Part shown: piece by piece, positions 57,177 to 64,000 of the stretch | How the letters are laid out: every line of letters begins with the position of its first letter | How positions within the stretch are numbered: position 1 is the stretch's first letter | Source of the DNA: Nitrospirota bacterium | GTDB taxonomy: Bacteria; Nitrospirota; UBA9217 | Direction of reading: 5' to 3' | Length of the DNA stretch: 64,000 bases | NCBI GenBank assembly: GCA_963754875.1 | Contig: CAVWHO010000017.1 | Coordinates: forward strand, 32,001-96,000 | Notes under the pieces: generated by a model | Databases searched by the model: none | Told to the model about the DNA's origin: nothing | The model's input: the letters and a program-made list of their open reading frames with translations, nothing else | Program-made: the position numbers and the translations under genes

Positions 57177-58178
57177 TTATCCATCTGCTCCGACTTGTTT
57201 CAAACGGGTATCATGAATCGGAAGGGGTTCGCCCGGGTCAAAGACCTCATTGTTGTACTGGATGGGGTAGGAGCGGCCGGGAACGTGTTTGCTGTACGTT
57301 ATGATGAGGCGACCGATGGTCTGCTTGATTTCCTGCGTGGGGTATCCGGTCAGCAGGGCCACGGGACCGGGGAAACCGTGGGGGACAAAGAGCCGATAGC
57401 CGTGGGGCGCCATCGAGAGCAGCATGGTGTTTTCTTCGTTATCGCGGCCAAGGACGATTTTTACACCTGAATCCATCCGGTAATGGCGGCCGATGGTCAG
57501 CAGCTGGACATCTTCGGGCGTGACCGCCTGCTTGTCCTCGAACAGGTCGCGCAGCTTTTCCGCAAAATTCTTGTCCGTAAGCAGGCACCCTCCGGCCGGT
57601 GTGGAGTATCCCCGGATGCCGAAGCGTTCCGCGAGCTGGAGCTGGACCGTCCGCGATCTGCCGCTGATGCCTAAGAGTTTGTCGCGCTGGACCAGCCCGG
57701 AAAGCTCGGCTCGCGTGGGTTGCAGAAGCGTGGCCGAGAGCGGCCGGAGGATCATGCCGCGCATGTCGGCATCGCGTTCGATCACGTCCAACGCGTCGCG
57801 CCTCTGCGACATGGGCCGTTGGCCCAGGACCTCGCCGGTGACCACGAAGGAGGCATTCACTTCCCGCATGACGTCTTTGGCCCTCTTCAGCATGTATATT
57901 TTGCAGTCGATGCAGGGGTTGACGTGCTTGCCGTAACCGTGGGCGGGATTGCGGACCAGATCGATATACTCCCGGCCCATGTCCAGAACGCGGAGGTCGA
58001 TCCCGGCGGCCTTCGAAACGCGGGCAGCATGGGTGTTTCCCTCATTTCCGTAGCTCTTGGAAAAGGCAGACGTAAAATAGAGCCCGATGACATCGAAGCC
58101 CTGGTCCATCACTACTTTTGCCGCCAAGATGCTGTCCAACCCGCCTGAAATAAGGGCGACTGCCTGTTTATTTGCCAC
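57177..58178 (-). CDS. ThiI/MnmA-like PP-loop tRNA sulfurtransferase family protein, no THUMP domain
   Basis: SGGLDS, PCIDCK, TGEVLGQRPMSQ, PAGGCLLT; GTG start after GGAGG. Confidence 0.85.
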   Translation of the reverse strand: MANKQAVALISGGLDSILAAKVVMDQGFDVIGLYFTSAFSKSYGNEGNTHAARVSKAAGIDLRVLDMGREYIDLVRNPAHGYGKHVNPCIDCKIYMLKRAKDVMREVNASFVVTGEVLGQRPMSQRRDALDVIERDADMRGMILRPLSATLLQPTRAELSGLVQRDKLLGISGRSRTVQLQLAERFGIRGYSTPAGGCLLTDKNFAEKLRDLFEDKQAVTPEDVQLLTIGRHYRMDSGVKIVLGRDNEENTMLLSMAPHGYRLFVPHGFPGPVALLTGYPTQEIKQTIGRLIITYSKHVPGRSYPIQYNNEVFDPGEPLPIHDTRLKQVGADG

Positions 58179-58345
58179 TGGTCCTCCCTTGCCCGAAATG
58201 GACGCCGTATTATAAATCTCTGCCTGCGGTTTTTGCAAGAGGGAAGAGCGGTTTCCCCGCGTTAATCAAATATCCGTTTCTGCGGCGTCAGAATGCGAAA
58301 AAGGGTATAATTATTACAAAAAGAGAGATTCAGGGAGGGCAGCAT

Positions 58346-58879
58346 ATGGCCAGATGGATGATCGACGGGGATCACTCCTGTGCTGCATTTGCGATCAGGC
58401 ACCTGGCCCTCGCGCATGTGCGGGGCCAGTTCAGCAGCATGAAGGGGACGATCCATTTTGATCCTGCTGACAAGTCCCGGGTGTCAGTAGAGGTGGAGAT
58501 TGATGTTGCGAGCGTCAATACGGGAATAAAGAAACGGGACGAGCACCTGCTGACGGGAGATTTCTTCGACCAGGAGAAATACCCAACTATCAGGTTCACC
58601 AGCAGTTCCGTTGATTTTCTCGGCCAGAACCGCTGCCGCATCAGCGGCATGCTCACGATGCATGGTACGACGAGGCAGGTCACGTTCGAAGGAGAATATG
58701 CGGGCCCGAAAAAAAATCCCTACGGCGACGAGACCACAGTCGGTTTTTCCGGCACCACTACGGTGAACCGCGAGGATTTCGGGATCATGTGGGGAAGCGA
58801 GCCCATGGAGGGCGGCGGGTTGGTTGCAGGAAAGGAAGTGCAGATCTTTCTCGACGTGGAGGCCGATCTAGCCGAATAA
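58346..58879 (+). CDS. YceI family protein
   Basis: IDGDHS, VRGQF, RDEHL..DFFD, GMLTMHG, NREDFG. Confidence 0.93.
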   Translation: MARWMIDGDHSCAAFAIRHLALAHVRGQFSSMKGTIHFDPADKSRVSVEVEIDVASVNTGIKKRDEHLLTGDFFDQEKYPTIRFTSSSVDFLGQNRCRISGMLTMHGTTRQVTFEGEYAGPKKNPYGDETTVGFSGTTTVNREDFGIMWGSEPMEGGGLVAGKEVQIFLDVEADLAE

Positions 58880-58932
58880 TCCCGGTCCGCTTGACCAGCG
58901 GACCGCGTATGGTATATCGTTGGAGCTCAGTA

Positions 58933-58964
58933 AGAAGGCCACTTGCTTTTGTGTGGCCTTTTTT
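58933..58964 (+). terminator. Terminator-like hairpin between yceI and the PNPOx-family gene
   Basis: AAGGCCAC...GTGGCCTT followed by TTTT. Confidence 0.6.
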
Positions 58965-58989
58965 ATCAAATGTCGGGGAGGAACCATCC

Positions 58990-59535
58990 ATGCGCCGGGC
59001 GAAAAAAGAGATACAAGACAGGACCATCCTCATTGGCCTTCTGGAGACGTGTCATGTCGGCAGGCTCGGGACCGTCGGCAAGGACGGCTATCCCCTGGTG
59101 AAACCGCTCAACTTCTCTTATGACGACGGAAAAATCTATTTTCACAGCGCCCGGGAAGGGGAGAAGATCGACGACATCAAACGTGACAACCGCACCTGCT
59201 TCGAGGTCGACCTGCCGATAGCGCTGGTGAAGAGCAAGGGGGTCCCCTGCAAAGCCGAATATCTGTACCGGAGCGTGATCGCAAAGGGAAGGGCGCACAT
59301 CGTCGATGATCCGGCGGAGCGGCTCGCGGCGCTCCGTGGGCTCATGGAAAAATACCAGCCCGAGGGGGGCTACGGGGAGTTTCCGGAAGAAAAAACAGCT
59401 ATTACCGGCATCGTTCGGATCGATATTGAAGAGATGACGGGCAAGGAAGATCTCGGCAGCGAAGGCTTGAAGGACGCGGTGATGAAAGCATTGGAGGAAA
59501 ACGCGCAGCTGCCGATCATCCTCGAACGGGAATGA
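58990..59535 (+). CDS. Pyridoxamine 5'-phosphate oxidase family (NimA-like) flavin-binding protein
   Basis: MRRAKKEI, YPLVKPLNF, IYFHSAREGEK, YRSVIAKG, MTGK. Confidence 0.9.
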   Translation: MRRAKKEIQDRTILIGLLETCHVGRLGTVGKDGYPLVKPLNFSYDDGKIYFHSAREGEKIDDIKRDNRTCFEVDLPIALVKSKGVPCKAEYLYRSVIAKGRAHIVDDPAERLAALRGLMEKYQPEGGYGEFPEEKTAITGIVRIDIEEMTGKEDLGSEGLKDAVMKALEENAQLPIILERE

Positions 59536-59583
59536 GGCGGAGCGCTTCCGGGGCACATGCCCCTGAGTCACTCTGCACGGTGA

Positions 59584-59808
59584 TCAGGCCGTTGCCGTCC
59601 CGGAGGTGATGTCTTGCATGTACTGATAGTAACCGCATTTTTTACAGCTCCCGACTTTCTGGGAAAACGTACCTTGCGGTTTACCGCCGCACATGGTGCC
59701 CGCAATTATCCAGCATACATCTCCTGCTTTTTTTTCCACCGCAGCACAATCTTTCGTTATATCCCTGCCGCATTTCATGAATTCCCAGCAGTTCAGTATG
59801 CCACTCAT
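59584..59808 (-). CDS. Small two-CW domain Cys-rich protein
   Basis: NCWEFMKCGR...C...CWIIAGTMCGG...CKKC.YY. Confidence 0.8.
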   Translation of the reverse strand: MSGILNCWEFMKCGRDITKDCAAVEKKAGDVCWIIAGTMCGGKPQGTFSQKVGSCKKCGYYQYMQDITSGTATA

Positions 59809-59932
59809 ATTCTTTCTCCCTAATGAACGAATTATTTGACCTGTCGTGACCGCACCCGGTAACGATCCCTTTAAAATGAACATGCCTGACAAAGAGCACG
59901 AGTGCCGCCGTAAACATTTGATATCCGCTGCA

Positions 59933-60769
59933 TTATTCTATGGCTATTCCTTCCAACAACGTTCCTTTGATGAAGTCCCTGATGAGCTCCTGCTCTGATG
60001 TTCCGATCTTCAGAAATTTCACTCCTATGCCCGGCTGTTTCTTGCCGTTACCGATGTGACTGTAGAGGACCTCTCCCTCGATCCTGAAGACCCAGCCCGG
60101 CGCGGTGGGAAGAAAAAAAGTGAATGGATGGACACTCCCGGAGGCCAGCGGACTGTCCGTATTCACGAACATTCCCTTTTCTGAGATTGCGGTTATATAG
60201 TCGCGCCTGCCTTTCCTGTTGGTCGGCAGGCCGTCTCCGACGATGACATCGAGATACGTTGTAAGCCGGACAAAACGGCGGGGCTTCGTCTCTGTTGCTT
60301 TCTGGAGCGCCACATACAACTCGTCTAAAGGGGCTGCGTGAGTCAGGTAGGCGGCGCAACCGGCCTCCGTGCAGCATTGTTTGACAAGGGGATCCTTGTT
60401 CGAAGTACAAACGAGAAACGGGATGTCCTGCGAGCGGCGGTTTTGTTTCACGTTTTTTAAAAGGTCTACGCCGTTCATCCCCGGCAGGTCAACATCGGCT
60501 ATGATGGCCAACGGAACGGACAAGGTCAGGAAGGTCAGGGCGTCTTCGGCGGTTTTTGTCGTGATGACGTGATATTTAAGCCGCTGAAGAAAGATGCTCG
60601 TATAAAATTGACGCATGGGTTTATTGTCGACGATGAGAATGAGCTGCTGCGTTGTCCCCGCCCGTTCTTTTTTTGCGCTTCCCGCGCGCATCGTCTTGAG
60701 CCAGGAGGAAATTTCCCGATAATTTTTCCCGGGAAGATTTGCCGCCCCGGTCTGTGATTGGGCATCCAT
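59933..60769 (-). CDS. Receiver domain + PilZ-like domain protein; start uncertain
   Basis: ILIVDN, IADVDLPGMNG; PRRFVR, ISEKGMFV, GIGVKF. Confidence 0.85.
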   Translation of the reverse strand: MDAQSQTGAANLPGKNYREISSWLKTMRAGSAKKERAGTTQQLILIVDNKPMRQFYTSIFLQRLKYHVITTKTAEDALTFLTLSVPLAIIADVDLPGMNGVDLLKNVKQNRRSQDIPFLVCTSNKDPLVKQCCTEAGCAAYLTHAAPLDELYVALQKATETKPRRFVRLTTYLDVIVGDGLPTNRKGRRDYITAISEKGMFVNTDSPLASGSVHPFTFFLPTAPGWVFRIEGEVLYSHIGNGKKQPGIGVKFLKIGTSEQELIRDFIKGTLLEGIAIE

Positions 60770-60977
60770 ACTAAGCCACCTCGAGATTGGATTGGGTTCG
60801 AGCCTCAGGCCTGAAAAAGCATTTTCTCGAAACTCGATACGTGGTGATACGTGAAGAGCAACACTAAATATATTATTTTTATTGGGCTCCTTCAATACCC
60901 CGGTAAGGGTATTTTTAGGGTAGAAGGAAGGCAACCAATTTTCTTTTGGACGAGAGAAAGGGCAGAATGTTGCAGTT

Positions 60978-61631
60978 CTATGCGTTTTTTACAGTCTTCG
61001 AAAGCATGTCCGCGCAGCGGATCGGCTCGGGGATGCGGTAATTGCCGAGGCAGGAAAGGGCCAGACGGACAGCGGACTTCACATCGGTCTTGTGGCCGGG
61101 GGATACAAAGAGCGGCCGCACATTGTCCCTGGTTCTTACAACCGCTCCGATGATCTTGTCCTCAACAAAAAGCGGCGACGAGTTGCCCTTCCTGTTTCCC
61201 GGCTCCTCATAACCGCCGATAAGCCTCGATTTGGCGCAGCCGACCGTCGGCATGTCCAGCAGCACGCCGATGTAGGAAGCGATTCCGAATTGCCGCGGAT
61301 GCGCGATGCCTTGCCCGTCCACCAAGATGAGGTCGGGATTGCGCGATAACGATTCAAGCGCCGCAATGATGGCAGGCCCTTCCCGAAACGCAAGGAAACC
61401 GGGCACGTAGGGGAAGCGGAGTTTCCGTACGGCAGTTTTGCGCTCGATGAGCGTGAGCCCGGGAAAGCTGAAGAGGCAGGCGGCTGCAAAGACACGGTCA
61501 GCTGAAAAGGCCGCATCAACGCCTGCGACGAAGCGCGGTTCCTGCTTCACGGGCGAGAGCCGCACCTTTTTCCTAAGGCGCTCCTGCTGGCTACGCGCTT
61601 CTTGAATGGTTATTGTCTTCGGCCACTTCAT
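60978..61631 (-). CDS. nfi: Endonuclease V
   Basis: AGVDAAF, FPYVPGFLAFRE, VDGQGIAHPR, GCAKS, SPGH, RIPEP. Confidence 0.96.
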   Translation of the reverse strand: MKWPKTITIQEARSQQERLRKKVRLSPVKQEPRFVAGVDAAFSADRVFAAACLFSFPGLTLIERKTAVRKLRFPYVPGFLAFREGPAIIAALESLSRNPDLILVDGQGIAHPRQFGIASYIGVLLDMPTVGCAKSRLIGGYEEPGNRKGNSSPLFVEDKIIGAVVRTRDNVRPLFVSPGHKTDVKSAVRLALSCLGNYRIPEPIRCADMLSKTVKNA

Positions 61632-61734
61632 GACTATGCCGCCTCTCCGTGCGATATAATTATATTATACTCCTGCAGATTGAGCAGCTTCCTCTGCGAG
61701 ATACAGGCGATGCACGGCACGGGAGGTGATTTTC

Positions 61735-62199
61735 ATGTTTCTCTATCTTGTCCAGCACGGTGAAGCAAAGAGAGAAGACGAAGACCCGGCGCGGGGGCTT
61801 ACGGAAAAGGGAGGAGCGGACGTTCGCAAGGCGGCTCTTTTTTTACAAGGCAAGAACCTTTCACTCAGCCGGGTATTTCACAGCAACAAGACCCGTGCCA
61901 AAGAGACTGCCCGGATATTTGCCGATCAGCTGAAACCGGTAAAGGGAGTTTACGAGTCCGGGGATCTCGCTCCCCTGGACGACCCGGAGATATGGGCCAA
62001 GCGCATCGCGGGGATGGAGGAGGACATCATGCTGGTCGGCCATCTCCCGTTCATGGCAAGGCTGGCAGGGCTTCTCTTGTGCAGCGAAAAAGAGAAGCCG
62101 CTGATCAGCTTCAAGATGGGTGGGGTTGTTTGTCTTGCGCGATCCGAAGACGGGCGATGGACCGTGGAGTGGATGATTGTTCCGGATATATTGGGATAA
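61735..62199 (+). CDS. sixA: Phosphohistidine phosphatase SixA
   Basis: LYLVQHGEA, RGLT..G, RAKETA, MLVGHLP. Confidence 0.9.
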   Translation: MFLYLVQHGEAKREDEDPARGLTEKGGADVRKAALFLQGKNLSLSRVFHSNKTRAKETARIFADQLKPVKGVYESGDLAPLDDPEIWAKRIAGMEEDIMLVGHLPFMARLAGLLLCSEKEKPLISFKMGGVVCLARSEDGRWTVEWMIVPDILG

Positions 62200-62559
62200 G
62201 ACGATGCTGTGCAGCATCCGTACAATTGACTACGCGCTGATTGCGGCGAATCCTTCCCACAGAGTCCCTTTCTCCGGCAAGCACGTAATGCTGAATGTAA
62301 AATGATGATCCGACGGGTAGGGAATGGTGTCAGAAAAGCGTCGTGTCCTAAGCTACGCGGAGACGGAATGTTTTGCGATTCTTATTAAATATGCTCTATA
62401 CACATGCATCATACTGTTCTATACTTAAAAGGTCGCATGTTCTTGCAACAGTAGACCATTTGCTGCTTCTCTGGTAGCCTGCCGCTTGTTCTGTCATACT
62501 GTCTCCAATGTTGCTATGGAAGACGTCGTATATTTTTGGATAACCTATGGATAGCGAAA

Positions 62560-63115
62560 GTGAATTACCCCGCAGCAGAGCTGCGGGGCATCCTAAATGC
62601 GCTAGAACCTAAAGCCAACTTGCTCATCATGCTGATACCGAATATACTTTCTTATAACTTCTGCCGTTACTTTGTCGCCAACCGAACGGACAAAGTAGCC
62701 GTCATTCCAGAGTTCTCCTCCCCAAAGTTTTTTCTTTATCTCGGGGAATTCTCGAAACATCATCTTTGCCGATATGCTTTTGATTATCTGTACTACCCTC
62801 GCTGGAGCATACTTCGGTGGCACAACCAAAAACAAATGCACATGATCATCCATTGCTTCCATCGTATCTATTTCAAATTCATATCGCTCTGCGATCTCAC
62901 GAAATATCTCTTTCAGTCTCGTCGTCATTCGATCGCTGAACAGCTTCCTTCGATATTTTGGTATCCATACAAAATGGTACTTCAGATCATAGACGCTATG
63001 TTTGCTTCTTCTCAATGGGCTCATGGCCCGTATTGTAACAGATTCTCATCCTGACTTCGTCAGGATATCCTTTTCATCCCAGCAGCAGAGCTGCTGGGTA
63101 TTTCAGGATGTTTTT
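62560..63115 (-). mobile_element. IS200/IS605-family element, tnpA only, about 556 bp
   Basis: Near-identical subterminal hairpins CCCCGCAGC-aga-GCTGCGGGG (62568-62588) and CCCAGCAGC-aga-GCTGCTGGG (63078-63098); no target duplication; removing it restores a host reading frame. Confidence 0.85.
62602..63024 (-). CDS. tnpA: IS200/IS605 Y1 (HUH) transposase
   Basis: YHFVWIPKYRR, HUH motif DHVHL, LWNDGYF, catalytic Tyr in KYIRYQ. Confidence 0.96.
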   Translation of the reverse strand: MSPLRRSKHSVYDLKYHFVWIPKYRRKLFSDRMTTRLKEIFREIAERYEFEIDTMEAMDDHVHLFLVVPPKYAPARVVQIIKSISAKMMFREFPEIKKKLWGGELWNDGYFVRSVGDKVTAEVIRKYIRYQHDEQVGFRF

Positions 63116-63117
63116 AT

Positions 63118-64000
63118 AAAATAGTGGGACGGAATGCCGATCTTGAAGAGGCGGAGCTCAAGTATCATACGCTTTTTGAACAATCGCCTGATGGAATCTT
63201 GCTGCTTGATGCCAAAGGAAATATCCTCGATTTCAACACAAATGCGCACAGGCAACTGGGATATACAAGGGAGGAATTTTCGAAGCTTCGCATTTCAGAT
63301 CTCGACCCCTTCGAAACCCAGGAAATGATAGAAGCTAAAATCCAGGAAATGGTGAAGTGGGGAAAGGCCGAACACGAGGTCAAACACAGGACGAAAAATG
63401 GAGAAATGAGGGACGTCCTGGTCATTACCCAGAAACTTGTGTTGTCGGGCCAGACGTTCCTTCATGCTATTTGGCGCGACATCAGCGAGCGCAAGCGAGG
63501 GGAGGACGCGCTTCGGGAAAGCGAAAAAAAATTCCGCACTCTTTTCGAATCAGCAAATGACGGACTGTTTATTCTGGACATGAAGGGGAACATCGTTGAT
63601 TTCAACCATATCGCCAATGTACGGCTCGGCTATACGCGTGAGGAAATGCTGCACATGAATATATCGCAGTTCAACGAACCGTCGTTTGCACCCATGATTT
63701 CAGACCGTATAAAACACCTTAAAAAATACGGACAGCTGGTGGCAGAATTAGCACACGTAAGGAAAGACGGCACCAGCATGCCGGTCGAGATCAATGCCCG
63801 TGTGCTTAATTTAGACGGGAAGGAAGTTATTTTCAGCATGGTAAGGGATATTACCGAGCGCAAACGGGCAGAGCAGGCGCTCAGGGAGTCCGAAGAACGA
63901 TTCCGTCTTATTCATGATCAATCACCGCTGGGGATAGGGTTTCTGGACGTCAACGGCTACGTCGTTGAATGCAATGAGGCGGTTACAAAGATCATAGGGA
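63118..64000 (+). CDS. Multi-PAS sensor protein, 5' end split by the IS; 3' end outside window
   Basis: Manual translation, open to the window end: KIVGRNADLEEAELKYHTLFEQSPDG...RDISERK...FESANDG...RDITERK; at least three PAS starts; in-frame GTG at 63124. Confidence 0.85.

Noticed and set aside
62536..63054. 172-aa plus-strand ORF across the IS, or a tnpB/guide RNA cargo
   Set aside because: It is antisense to tnpA. Only about 40 bp separate the tnpA stop from the right end, leaving no room for tnpB.

Overview
Bacterial chromosomal window, mostly core genome. Gene content and synteny suggest an anaerobic Gram-negative such as Nitrospirota or a Desulfobacterota-like lineage (inference, no search run). 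Order: 3' end of pilQ; Ig-like lipoprotein gene plus a decayed paralog; TPR lipoprotein; disrupted rpsU; RRM protein; der; leuS-lptE-holA; rpsT; murJ; guaB; rluB; acyP; tsaB-rimI; a long ilvD-ilvB-ilvN-ilvC-psd-pssA-leuA-leuC-leuD-leuB-asd-asd cluster; a membrane-anchored decaheme cytochrome c; an AT-rich patch (XRE, YtxH, YihY); suhB; a 5-PAS hybrid kinase; a Phd-RelE/ParE toxin-antitoxin pair; HNH nuclease; pyrF-pyrE; TauE; an RpoD-like sigma paralog; a ThiI-like/APH-kinase/APS-kinase-like cluster; yceI; nfi; sixA; and a tnpA-only IS200/IS605 element inserted in codon 5 of a PAS sensor gene that runs off the window. Ten single-base frameshifts in six genes between 8.4 and 20.5 kb, several of them essential, are most likely assembly errors. 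No CRISPR array, tRNA or rRNA was recognised. Best leads: different palindromic or short tandem repeat families at most junctions of the ilv-leu-asd cluster, one set enclosing a DUF559 nuclease gene; the exactly reconstructable IS insertion; the orphan decaheme cytochrome; the kinase pair; and a structured guaB leader.
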